NCBI GenBank assembly: GCA_038087875.1
Contig: CM075996.1
Coordinates: forward strand, 8,930,001-8,994,000
Source of the DNA: Malacoraja senta
Lineage: Eukaryota
Reading direction: 5' to 3'
Length of the DNA stretch: 64,000 nucleotides
Positions 51,362 through 62,857 of the stretch are shown one piece after another. Made by a program: the position numbers and the translations under genes. The notes under the pieces are model-generated. The model worked only from the letters and a program-made list of their open reading frames with translations, was not told where the DNA came from and made no database searches. Position 1 is the stretch's first letter. Every line of letters begins with the position of its first letter.

Positions 51362-51485
51362 GTGTAGGCCACTTCACCACACTCTGCTGCAGCCGATGCC
51401 TCTGCTTGGCCGCCAGCTCCAGCGGCACATTCAAATCCTCCTCAAAGACTTCGAAGCGCGTGAGGTCGCAGTTAATGCCGGCCAT
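51362..51485 (-). CDS. FAM227A: FAM227A first coding exon (MAGINCDLTRFEVFEEDLNVPLELAAKQRHRLQQSVVKWPT + 1 nt)
   Basis: Acceptor gtctcccag at 51506 and ATG at 51485. Resembles the recalled FAM227A N-terminus (MEVIN...DEHLAVSL...NNPP). Phase-1 end at either the GCATCCTT donor (51361) or a GT donor (51334); both are in frame with the next exon. Confidence 0.8.
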
Positions 51486-52029
51486 CGGGCCTCTTCTCCC
51501 GAACACTGGGAGACGGGAACAAAGACTTGCTTAGACTCAGCGTAGCTCTACCGCTGCACAACTTGTGTGGAGGTTGAACGTGTGAAGGGCGAGGTGGAAG
51601 GGGTAAGGTGTGAGTGACTCGGTTGCTGAAGGGCAAGGTTGGACTTTGTTTACCACTGCTTCCCCCTACATCTTTCTTGTTCTATATCCATCACTCACAC
51701 TAACACAAAGATCCATTTTGTTTCCCTTATCGATCACTCACAAAATCTCACCCTCAGTCCCACTCATTCCTTCTGCTCCCTCCAACCAATCTTTTCTCCT
51801 TCCTCCCTTTTGCTGTCCCCTTCTAAATTTTTGCATCTTCAGCACATCCTTCCTCAGATATGGTGCCCAAAATTGCTCACAATACTTTAAAATTCAGTCT
51901 GACCAGCGCCTTGGAGAACCTCAGCATTTTCTTCACATCCCTGATTTTGTATTCTAGTCCTCTCAAAATAAATGCTAGCATTGCATTTGCCTTCCTCACT
52001 GCCCACCCCACCGCTCCCTGCCCACCCCT

Positions 52030-53385
52030 AATCGCCATTTTTTCCTCTCTTCCTCTCCTCGTTCCTTCCCCACTTACCCCCTAATTACTCCTCATTCATA
52101 TCTTACTCTCCACCCACACTCCCACTCATCTCCTTCCAACCAGACTTCCTCCCTCCCTCCACTCTATTCCTCCCTCTCCCTCCCTGCCTCATCCCCTTCT
52201 CTCCCTCTTCCCTCCCCCACCTTCCTCCCTTCCCACTCTTCCTTTCTCCCTCCCTCCTCTCTACCTCTCCCTTCCTCACTCTTCCTCCCTCCTCCTTTCC
52301 CTCTTCTCCTCTCTTGTCCCTCCCTATCCCTCCCCTCACCATCCTTCCTCCCCCCTCTCTCCTCTCTCCTTTCCACTCCATCTTTCCTTCCTTCCTCTCT
52401 CACTCTCCATCCTCTCCTCTTCCCTCCCTGCTTCCTTTCCTTTCCTTTTTCTCTCTCTCTCTCTTCTTTCCTCCCCTCTCTCCTTCTCTCCATCCGCTTT
52501 CTCTCACTCTCCCTCCTCTCTCATTCTCTGTCACTCTCTCCTTGTCTCTCTCTCTCTCTCGCTCTCTCTCTCCTTTCCCCCTCTCATCCCTCTCTGATTT
52601 CTCTCCTTTTCTCCTTTCCTCCTCTCACCCTCTCCCCCCCTCTCCCTCTCATTTTCTCTCTCTCTCTCCTTTTCTCCTTTCCTCTCACCCTCTCCCCTCA
52701 CCCCCCTCTCCCTCTCATTTTCTCTCTCTCTCCTTTTCTCTCTCTCTCTCCTTTTCTCTCTCTCTCTCCCTCTTTCACCCTCTCTCTCCCTCTTTCACCC
52801 TCTCTCCCTGCCTCTTCCCTCCTTTCCTCTTCCTCTCTTTCACCCTCTCTCACCCTCTCTCTCTCTGCCTCTCCCCTCTCCCTCCTTTCCTCTTCCTCTC
52901 TCCCTCCTTCTTCCTCTCTTTCACCCTCTCTCACCCTCTCTCTCTCTGCCTCTCCCCTCTCCCTCCTTTCCTCTTCCTCTCTCCCTCCTTCTTCCTCTCT
53001 TTCACCCTCTCTCACCCTCTCTCTCTCTGCCTCTCTCCTCTCCCTCCTTTCCTCTTCCTCTCTCCCTCCCTCTTCCTCTCTTTCACCCTCTCTCACCCTC
53101 TCTCTCTCTGCCTCTCCCCTCTCCCTCCTTTCCTCTTCCTCTCTCCCTCTTCTTTTCTCTCTCTCCCTCTCTCACCCTCTCATCTCTCTCCCCTCTCCCT
53201 CTCTATCTCCCTCGCCCTCTCTCTCCTTTCCTCCCTTTCCCTCTCTCTATTTTCCTCCCCCTCACCCTCTCTCTCTCTCTCTCTGCCCCCTCTCTCCTTT
53301 TCTCTCTCTCCCTCACTCTCACCCTTTCCCTCCCTCTCTCCTTTCCTTTCCTTTCCCTCCCTCCCTCCCTCTCTCACCCTCTCTC
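52030..53385. repeat. Polypyrimidine low-complexity tract including about four 81-bp tandem units
   Basis: Almost pure C/T; a 27-aa periodicity is visible in the spurious ORF. Confidence 0.95.
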
Positions 53386-53394
53386 GGTCACGTG
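53386..53394. promoter_or_regulatory. E-box (USF/TFE-type GGTCACGTG)
   Basis: Motif match inside the promoter island. Confidence 0.45.
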
Positions 53395-53407
53395 TGCAGC
53401 CGCCGCC

Positions 53408-53421
53408 GTTGCCGTGGAGAC
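53408..53421. promoter_or_regulatory. RFX X-box
   Basis: GTTGCCGTGGAGAC (reverse complement GTCTCCACGGCAAC) fits the imperfect-palindrome X-box consensus. Confidence 0.7.
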
Positions 53422-53569
53422 GGGGCGCGTCCATGTGGCGCGGGAGGAAGGGGCGCCTGAGGCCTAGCTCCCCCTGAAGCCCGCGGCCGTGCGGGGAAGA
53501 GAAGCGGCAACGGAGAGCGGCCCGTGGCTGCTGGTGCGGGGGGAGGAAGGGGGAGTGGGGTGCGAGTGG

Positions 53570-54270
53570 AGGGGGGCGGAAAGAGGGAGAAGAGGGGAAA
53601 AGAAGAGTGAGGGAGGAGGGAGGGAGAGAAGGGAGGATAGTGGGAGAGGAGAGAGAGAGGGGAGGAGAGGGTGGGAGGAGAGAGGAAAAGAGAGGGAGAG
53701 AGGAGGGGGAGAGAGGGGGAGAGAAGGGAAGAGAGGAGGGAGATGGAGAGAGAGGAAGGGATGAGAAAAGGAGAGAGGGGAGGAGAGTGGGAGAGATGGG
53801 AAGAGAGTAGGGAGAGGGGAAGAGAGAGGAAGGGATGAGAAAAGGAGAGGGGAAGAGGAGGGAGAGAGGGAAAGAGAGGAGGGAGAGAGGGGGAAAGAGG
53901 AGGGGAGAGAGGAGGGAGAGAGGGGAAGAGAGGAGGGAGAGAGGGGAAGAGAGGAGGGGAGAGAGGGGAAGAGAGGAGGGGAGAGAGGGGAAGAGAGGAG
54001 GGGAGAGAGGGAAGAGAGGAGGGAGAGAGGGGAAGAGAGGAGGGAGAGAGGGGAAAAGAGGAGGGAGAGAGGGGAAAGAGGAGGGGGAGAGAGTGGAAGG
54101 GGTGAGAAAAGGGAGAGGGGAGGAGAGTGGGAGAGGGGGTGAGAGCAGGAGGGAGGGGAAGGGTAGAGGAGGGTGGGAGGGAGATAGAAGGGGAGAGGGA
54201 AGAAAGAGTAGGGGGAAGAGAGGGAGGGAGAGAACAGTCGGAGGAGGGAGAGAGGGGGTGAGGGAGGGAC
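53570..54270. repeat. Polypurine (GA-rich) low-complexity tract
   Basis: Almost pure G/A. Confidence 0.95.
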
Positions 54271-54327
54271 TATCTTTGGCTGATTGTCCACCTTATGCAC
54301 GGACAGGTAACAGTCTGAAGTGGAGCC

Positions 54328-54405
54328 ATGCCTCTGTTTGGGAATGTGTTTAGTCCGAAGAAAACACCACCTAGAAAGTCAGCTTCCCTTTCCAGTTTAC
54401 ACACG
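54328..54405 (+). CDS. CBY1: Chibby homolog 1, first coding exon (MPLFGNVFSPKKTPPRKSASLSSLHT)
   Basis: Near-identical to the recalled CBY1 N-terminus MPFFGNTFSPKKTPPRKSASLSNLHS, including the 14-3-3 site RKSASLS. GCCATG context, ACG|gtacgt donor, upstream acceptor AGs at 54306 and 54313. Confidence 0.95.
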
Positions 54406-54589
54406 GTACGTTGGATTTGGGGCTTCCATCTTGTTAAGTCATGCCAAACCGTACTAAACGCAAACATACAGGATGGAAACAAGCTCTTCGGTCCAACTCG
54501 TCCATACCAACCAAGATGCCCCATCTAAGGTAGTCCCATTTGCCAACTTTTGTTCCATGTTCCTCTAAACATTTCCTATTCATGTACCT

Positions 54590-55335
54590 GGCACTTCACT
54601 TGCACCTCCTCCAACCTCATCTACTGTATCAGTTGTTCAAGATGTGGACTCCCATACATTGACGAGACCAAACGTCTACTGGGCAATTGTTTCGCTGAAC
54701 ACCTTCATTCAGTCCGCCTGAACCTACCTGATCTCCCGGTTGCTGGACACTTTAATTCTCCTTCCCATTCCCACACTGACCTATCTGTCCTAGGTCTCCT
54801 CCACAGTCAAATTGAGGCTAAACACAAATTGGAGGAACAGCATCTCATATTTTGCTTGGGCAGCTTACAGCCCAGTGGTATGAATATTGATTTCTCTAAC
54901 GTCAAGTAACCCCAGCATTCATTCATTCATTCACTCACACACACACTCTCTCTCTCTCTCCCCCTCTCCCTCTCCCTCTCCCTCTCCCTCTCCCCTCTTC
55001 CCCACCCAAGTCACACCAGCTTCTCGTTTTCACCCAACAAACAGCTAACATTATGTAGGAAAGAACTGCAGATGCTGGTTTAAACCGATTGACGCAAAAA
55101 GCTGGAATAACTCGGCGGGGCAGGCAGCATCTCTGGAGAGAAGGAATGGATGATGTTTCGGGTCCGGAACATTTCTTCAATGGCCAGTTAGCTGTTACTT
55201 TTTTTGCATATCTTTCATTCATTGTTCTTTATCTCTCTACATCATCGTCTAAATCTCTCGTTTCCCTTTTCCCTAACTAGTCTGAAGAGGGTCTTGACCC
55301 AAAACGTTCCTTCTCTCCAGAGATGCTGCCTGTCC
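54590..55335 (+). mobile_element. Penelope-like element 3' part with GIY-YIG endonuclease remnant
   Basis: FTCTSSNLIYCISCSRC...YIDET.R...AEH...VAGHFN...GMN followed by the terminal repeat. Shorter copies at about 5440-5870, 28590-28900, 35910-36380(-), 49710-50035, 50780-51120(-) and 60270-60565. Confidence 0.88.
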
Positions 55336-55673
55336 CGCATCTTGAATGAATGAATACGTTTATTGGTCAAGTATTCACATACAAGGAATTTGCCTTGGTG
55401 CTCCGCCCGCAAGTGACAACATGACATACAGTGACAGTTAAGAATGATACATAAAACATTAAACATTAATAATAAAACATTATTGATTAAGCATGTGAAT
55501 TAAATGAAATACCAGAGCAAAAGGAGGCTACAGATCTTTGGTTATTGAGTAGAGCTACGACTCGTGGAAAAAAGCTGTTAGGTGCTAAAAGGTTACCCAT
55601 CAGGTGCCCATTAAACCCCCCCCCCCCCCCCCCCCCCACACACCTTAAACCCATGTCCTTTGGTTCCATCGTA

Positions 55674-55873
55674 NNNNNNNNNNNNNNNNNNNNNNNNNNN
55701 NNNNNNNNNNNNNNNNNNNNNNNNNNNNNNNNNNNNNNNNNNNNNNNNNNNNNNNNNNNNNNNNNNNNNNNNNNNNNNNNNNNNNNNNNNNNNNNNNNNN
55801 NNNNNNNNNNNNNNNNNNNNNNNNNNNNNNNNNNNNNNNNNNNNNNNNNNNNNNNNNNNNNNNNNNNNNNNNN
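55674..55873. other. Assembly gap (200 N)
   Basis: Run of exactly 200 N, which suggests a placeholder of arbitrary size. Confidence 0.99.
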
Positions 55874-56469
55874 CGTACGTGTAGCGCGTGGTGACGCATG
55901 ATTCCGTCACCGTGCGTAACCATGCTGCCGCCGCGCGCCGCCCATACGCAGTCGGCCATCATGAGAAAATAATTACGCCGTAAGCATCAATGCTTTCAGA
56001 GTAAAGCCTTCAGAGTTACACCTTAATAAGTATTTTTGAAACATTCTAAGTTAAGGATGTTTCAAAAGTTAACATCCAGGTAAGCATTGCAGATTTTATA
56101 TCCTAAAAGAACACTAGTAACCAAATTAGTTTATTTTTTAAATAACCACCAACAATTTTACTAACACCATTTAAAAAAAATTTGCAAACTCATTCTTAAG
56201 CTGGGTTCAAACCCTCAAACTGTTATAATGGAATACAATTTTGTGTTTGTTGGGAGTAATTCAGAAAGTTTAAAAGTAAATGCATTTTTCCAGCAAACAA
56301 TAATGTTAGCAATGTTTCAATACAATTGATGTCAATATGCTGACTAATTCTACTTGCAGAACGGATAAAATATTTGAAGGCGCACGATGAAGCATGATGA
56401 CGCGCGCGACCTTCGTGCGACTGTCGCTACCGGCCTGTCGCGTAAATGACGGCCAAGTGGGACATGCCC
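55874..56469. mobile_element. Right part of a Harbinger-type element cut by the gap
   Basis: Ends ggcctgtcgcgtaaatgacggccaagtgggacatgccc-TTA, similar to 20131-20169. Confidence 0.6.
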
Positions 56470-57949
56470 TTAACTCTTCAATCACTTTGTCTCACACTTT
56501 CTGTTTTAGTCTCAGATCTTTGTTCCAATCATCTGCATATCAAATCCCCCCCCCTCCTTACCTGTGTCCACCAATGACCTGCCATGCTTAATCTTGCCTC
56601 TCCTGTCTCCAAACTTTCTACCCCCCCCCCACAATCAGTCTGAAGAAGGTCCCCGACCTGCAAAGTCACCTGTCCATGTTCTCCAGAGATGCTGCCTGAC
56701 CCGCAGAGTTACTCCTGCACTTTGGATCCGTTGCAGCAATCTGTGCAGCCCATAACTACACATACCAACTCACCAGTATAACCCCGTGCAAAACACGCTA
56801 CTGTGGCACACAACCACAAGCACTGTCTCTACCGGTGCAACAGGTCATGCATGAACATGCACACGTTCACATACAATGTTAATACATCCGCAGCCACATA
56901 CCACCTCATGCACCGTTTAATAATCTGATACGCACGCAGACACACACAGTCCACCAAGAGCACACAACAAAATGGTTCCCACTCGCGTACAAGCTCCATC
57001 CCTTTCACACACAAGGTATACATGTGCGCACACTCTATCTCGTTCACACATACACATGCAAACCACTCCGTGTACAGCTGCGCACACACTCTGTCTGGTA
57101 CACATCAACACGCACATGCGGATAATGGTGGTGCAGTGGCTCAATTAAATAATCCTGACGCCTCAGCTCACAATCTACACACACAAGTTCAAAACCCTCC
57201 GTGATTGCCGTGGAATTCAAATTCAATGTCAATTTGAAAATGTCAATGTCAAGCTACATGTCAATTTAAAAATGAATGTCATTTGTGATTAGTACTAGTT
57301 GCTGGATAAACACATCCATGGCGCCGCGGTAGAGTTGCTGCCTCGCAGCACCCGAGACCCGGCTTCGATCCTGACTACGCGTGCTGTGTGTACGGATTTT
57401 GTACGTTCTCCCTGTGAACACGTGGGTTTACTCCGGGAGCGCTGGTTTCCTCTCACACTCCAAAGATTTACAGGTTCGTAGGGTAATTGGCTTCGGTAAA
57501 AGATTGTAAATTGTCCCTAGTGTGTAGGATAGAGCTAGTGTATTGGGATCGCTGGTCGGCGCGGACTCGGTTGGCCAAGGGGACTGTTTCCGCGCTGTAT
57601 GTCTAAACTAAACTAAACGAAACAATTAGATCTGGCAGAAATGGATGGGATTGCGTGGAGAATGTAATTGGGTTGGTAAAATTGTAAAAAAATTGTCCCT
57701 AATGTGTGTGGGATAGTGTTAGTGTGCGGGGATCGTTGGTCAGCGCGGACTCGGTGGGAAAAAGGGGCTGTTTCCGCGCTGTATCTCTAAACAAAGCTAA
57801 AGTATACACCTAGTTCAATTACAAAACATACATCCAGCACCCATGCTTCATCGGTGTACCCACACATGAGCCCCATCGGGTGAACGAGCTACATCTGACA
57901 CAGAGCTGTGCACTGGCACCATCTAAAGTACACGCCATGTAATGTACAC

Positions 57950-58462
57950 AGTGAGGCAGTGCAGCGTAGGTTCACGAGATTGATCCCTGGGATGGCGGGA
58001 CTGTCATATGAGGAAAGGTTGAAAAGACTAGGCTTGTATTCACTGGAGTTTAGAAGGATGAGGGGGGATCTTATAGAAACATATAAAATTATAAAAGGAC
58101 TGGACAAGCTAGATGCAGGAAAAATGTTCCCAATGTTGGGCGAGCCCAGAACCAGGGGCCACAGTCTTAGAATAAAGGGGAGGCCATTTAAGACTGAGGT
58201 GAGAAAACCCTTTTTCACCCAGAGAGTTGTGAATTTGTGGAATTCCCTGCCACAGAGGGCAGTGGAGGCCAAATCACTGGATGGATTTAAGAGAGAGTTA
58301 GATAGAGCTCTAGGGGCTGGTGGAATCAAGGGATATGGGGAGAAGGCAGGCACGGGTTATTGATTGGGGACGATCAGCCATGATCACAATGAATGGCGGT
58401 GCTGGCTCGAAGGGCCAAATGGCCTCCTCCTGCACCTATTTTCTATGTTTCTATGTTTCTAC
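57950..58462 (+). mobile_element. CR1 LINE 3' fragment (representative of many)
   Basis: VQRRFTRLIPG...RGDLIETYKI...TRGH...WNSLP with a (tttctatg)n tail. Other copies at about 3997-4560(-), 19930-21165, 21710-22940, 24740-25130(-), 27624-28055(-), 30020-30390, 48440-48660(-), 49055-49675(-) and 62897-63265. Confidence 0.9.
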
Positions 58463-59420
58463 ATGCCATCCATCCATCTACACCCCAACAGCAGACACAT
58501 ATCCGCACGCCATGCATGCAGTTCACTCCTGAGCAAGGCAGGTGTGCCAAGAGCACACCCACACATTCAGCACATACACGTTCACCTTACACTGCACACT
58601 AGTTCCCGAATGGTGCACAACTGTGCACATGGTCCATCCAGTGCATGCGAGTGTATACTCTTGAAGCCGTGCTTTCCATTCTGTTCCATGCACATCGATG
58701 CGGCTACTGTCGATAGACGCAGAGTGCTGGAGTAACTCAGCGGGTCAGGCGGTATCTCTGGAGAAAAAGGACAGGTGACGTTTTGGGTCGGGGCCATTCT
58801 TTTGGCTTCAGTCTGAACAAGGGTCCTAACCCGAAACTTCACCTATCCTTTTTCTCCAGAGGCCATGCCTGGCCCGCTGAGTTTGTCCAGCATTTTGTGT
58901 CTATCTTTGGTATAAACCAGCATCCGCAGTTCTTTGCTTCTACGTAGGCAGCTACTGTATTGGGTCAAATGCGGGCAAATGGGACTAACATAGATGGCCA
59001 TCTTCATCAGCATGGGCGAGTTGGGCCAAATACATGTTGTCCATGCTCTATGACATTCTACTTGGCACACATCTGCAAACACGTACCGTCCTTTGTGTAC
59101 ACACCATCAAATACACCATCGTGCGGACCTTCCACAAGGTGCATATGTATCTGTGCACCTTGACACACCTGTCTGAAATGGTACACATCACGTCTGCTCG
59201 AATAGTGAAAGGCTTGGATAGAGTGGATGTGGAGAGGATGTTTCCACGGATCAGAGCCATAGCCTCAAAATAAAAGGACGGGCCTATAGAAAAACGATGA
59301 TGAGGAATTTCTTTAGTCAGAGGGTGATGAATCAGTGGAATTCATTGCTATGGAAGGCAGTGGAGGCCAAGTAAATGGATATTTATAAGGTGGAGAGATT
59401 GACACATTTTTGATTATTAA

Positions 59421-59657
59421 GGGCCTGTCCCACTTTCACGATCTAATTCACGACCTCTGCCGAGTTTGCCCTTGACTCATACTCGCAGCATGGTCGTCAC
59501 GAGATCGTGGGAGGTGGTAGGTAGGTCATAGCAGGCCGTGAGGCTAGTCGTAGGTACTCGTGGCATCAAGTAGGTCGGGGCGTATTTCTAGCCTGATGAA
59601 GAATGTCCACGAGTAAAATAACGTTGTGAATTAGGTCGTGAAAGTGGGACATGCCAT
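59421..59657. mobile_element. PIF/Harbinger-type MITE
   Basis: TIR gggcctgtcccactttcacga.ctaattcac with TAA/TTA flanks; inside a CR1 tail. Confidence 0.8.
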
Positions 59658-59848
59658 TTAAGGGTGTCAGGGGTCATGGGGCGAAGGCAGGAGAATGGCG
59701 TTGGGAGAAGAAGGTAGATCACCCATGATTGAATGGCGGAGTAGACTTGATGGAACAAATGGCCTGATTCTGCTCCGAGAACCTATGAACTTCTGCAGGT
59801 ACATAACCAAATATACTTAACAGAGATGAGAAATAAAAACCTCCTTAC

Positions 59849-60021
59849 CGACACGGACGATCTTCAAGGTTGCCAGCTCGTTCAGCAAGGAAGTTACGAG
59901 GCTGCTGTTCTGTGCATAGAGCTCATATCGGTTAATTCCAATGTAGAACTTCAGCCAGTTGGGGTATGTATCTGCAGGAGAGTCACCGTCTGGCACGACA
60001 TACTCCTGCTCATGGCTGACC
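59849..60021 (-). CDS. FAM20C-like secretory pathway kinase, exon equivalent to FAM20C exon 2 (VSHEQEYVVPDGDSPADTYPNWLKFYIGINRYELYAQNSSLVTSLLNELATLKIVRV)
   Basis: ctctcacag acceptor, G|gtaagg donor; 173 nt, phase 2 to 1. YPNWLKF.IGINRYELY is the FAM20C motif. Orthologue versus paralogue cannot be resolved from one exon. Confidence 0.9.
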
Positions 60022-61199
60022 CTGTGAGAGCAAAATGCAAGCAGTTCAACGATAGAACAAGACAGAGGGTGGAGGTTTAATATTCCATCATATTAAAATT
60101 ATTCAAAGGGGTGTATATTACATTGGTGCATTTGAATATTATACGTGTACTTATAATGTGCAGAGTGTGAGTGACTCCATTTATACCTCATTGGGGACAG
60201 CTCCATCCAAGACCGCAAGAAATTGCAGCGAATTGTGGACGCAGCCCAGACCATCACACAAACCAACCTCCCTTGAGGAAATGCACCTCATATTCCGCTT
60301 GGGCAGTCTACATCCTGGGGGCCTGAACATTGAATTCTCCCAATTCTGCTAGCCCTGGCTGTCCCCTCCCCTTCATCAGCCATCTGGTTGTCTCCTCCCC
60401 TCCCCCAGCCCTCAGGCTCCTCCTCCGCCTTTTTCCTTTTTTCCTTTCTTCTCCCCACCCCCTATCAGTCTGAAGAAGGGGTTTCGGCCCGAAACGTTAC
60501 CTATTTCCTTCGCTCCATAGATGCTGCTGCACCCGCTGAGTTTCTCCAGCATTTTTGTGTACCTCCCTTCCACTGACTCCATCTACACCTCACGCTGCCT
60601 CGGCAAGGCCAGCAGCATAATCAAGGACCAGTCACACCCTGGTCACTCCCTCTTCTCCCCTCTCCCATCAGGCAAAAGGTACAGAAGTGTGGAAACGCAC
60701 ACCTCCAGATTCAGGTACAGTTTCTTCCCAGCTGTTATCAGGCAACTGAACCATCCTACCACAACTAGCGAGCAGTGCTGAACTACTATCGACCTCATTG
60801 GTGACCCACGGACTATCCTTGACCGGACATTGCTGGTTTCACCTCGCGCTAAACGTTATTCCCTTGTCATGTATCTGTACACTGTAAATGGCTCGATTGT
60901 AATCATGTATTGTCTTTCTGCTGACTGGATCAAAAAGCTTTTCACTGGACCTCGGTACACGTGACAATAAACTAAACTGAACTGAACTGAATATTAAAGT
61001 CTGTGGATTTAATATATTACAGTATTTATTACATTAGAATGCATTTTACAATATGTGTATATTAAGAAAGAACTGCAGATGCTGGAAAAATCGAAGGTAG
61101 ACAAAAATGCTGGAGAAACTCAGAAGGGTCTTGTCCCGAAACATCACCTATTCCTTCGCTCCATAGATGCTGCCTCACCTACTGAGTTTCTCCAGCATT

Positions 61200-61770
61200 T
61201 TCAAGTTCAAGTTCAAGTGAGTTTATTGTCATGTGTCCCTGATAGGACAATGAAATTCTTGCTTTGCTTCAGCACAACAGAACATAGAAGGCATTGACTA
61301 CAAAACAGATCAGTGTGTCCATATACCATTATATAAATATATACACACATGAATAAATAAACTGATAAAGTGCAAATAACAGATAATGGGTTATTAATGT
61401 TCATAGTTTTGTCCGAGCCAAGTTTAATAGCCTGATGGCTGTGGGGAAGTAGATATTCCTGAACCTGGACGTTGCAGTCTTCAGGCTCCTGTACCTTCTA
61501 CCTGAAGGTAGTAGGGAGATGAATGTGTGGCCAGGATGGTGTGGGTCCTTGATGATACTGCCAGCCTTTTTGAGGCAGCGACTGTGATAGATCCCCTCGA
61601 TGGAAGGGAGGTCAGAGCCGATGATGGACTGGGCAGTGTTTACTACTTTTTGTAGTCTTTTCCTCTCCAGGGCACTCAAGTTGCCGAACCAAGCCACGAT
61701 GCAACCGGTCAGCATGCTCTCTACTGTGCACCTGTAGAAGTTAGAGAGAGTCCTCCTTGACAAACCGACA
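61200..61770 (-). mobile_element. Rex1/Babar LINE 3' fragment
   Basis: FYRCTVESMLTGCIVAWFGN...LPSGRRYR. Other copies at about 9735-10035, 46165-46540(-), 55340-55580(-), 60565-60990 and 63370-63540. Confidence 0.82.
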
Positions 61771-62437
61771 TTTTGGTCTACCTTCGGAGTTTGATATGAT
61801 GCCCAGATTGGAATATTGCTTGAAGATGAATGGAATACAGTCTGAAGAAGGGTCTTGAGCCGAAAGGTCACCCATTCCTTCTCTCCAGAGATGCTACCTG
61901 TCCCGCTGAGTTACTCCAGCATTTTGTGTCTATCTTCAGTGTAAACCAGCATCTGCAGTTCCTTCCCACACATTGTGTCTATCTCGGAATCTTGCATCAT
62001 AGGTTAACAGTATGATCTGTGTACAATATCTTACAGCATTACACACTATACAATAGTTAGTCCACTATTGCAGATGGCACAAAGAATTGCACCATGCTAA
62101 TATTATTTTACATTTCTTGTGTTCTATTGCAGTTTGCTATAATCTCAATTGAAATAGAGTACAGTTTATGTACTATGTGGAATGTGGATCGGAATATTTG
62201 GCAGCTTGTCGTATTACTGAGTGCTTTGTGTTCCCTGAGAGTATTGTACAGTCTTTGTATTAAAGCAGTCCCTACTTTAGGGTATTGTCCAGAATATATA
62301 ACCAATTCAACTAGCTCTCTACTGTATTGTATAGTCTATTGTACAGGATATGCATTCAAATGGAGTTTGGGTTACACGGTGAAATATGATATCAGGGTGC
62401 TTTGTTTTACAGGTATCATTTAATGTTGGCTGCCTAA

Positions 62438-62857
62438 TGGGCCTGTCCCACTTAGGCGATTTTTTTAGGCAACTACAGGCGACTAGGCTGTCACCACATG
62501 GTCGGGGTGTCGCCTATATGGCCGTGCGTAGTCTCCTCAGTCGCCCAAAGAGTCGGAGCGTCTTTCAGGTCGGCGCTGGATTTTCAACGTGTTGAACAAT
62601 ATTCGGGGACAGTCGGCGACAGTGGGTTTGACGGGTTAGCGTAGCTTGACTTCTCCTGACGTAGGTGCGGTTATAGGTTGTCGCCAGGTGACGTAGGTTG
62701 TCGCCGGTGTTGTCTTTGGGTTTTTTTTTGTTAAAGTAATGATTCTATTTCAAACTTTATGACGTAGGGGGGTCCAGTCGCCAGTTTTTCGGCGACCTGC
62801 TACGACTATGACAGTCGCCGGCAGTCGCCTAAAAGTAGCCTAAGTGGGACAGGCCCA
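62438..62857. mobile_element. PIF/Harbinger-type MITE
   Basis: TIR tgggcctgtcccacttaggc with TAA TSD. Confidence 0.85.

Larger units (their letters stand above)
53385..53570. promoter_or_regulatory. CpG-rich bidirectional promoter of FAM227A/CBY1
   Basis: Short unique GC/CpG-rich island between the two divergent first coding exons. Possible first-exon donors lie at about 53377 (minus) and 53534 (plus). Confidence 0.75.

Noticed and set aside
52314..53477. 387-aa S/L/P/F ORF and the opposite-strand E/R/G ORFs
   Set aside because: Artefacts of stop-free pyrimidine/purine tracts.
59826..60080. Plus-strand ORF as a CBY1 continuation
   Set aside because: No Chibby similarity; it is the antisense of the FAM20C-like exon.
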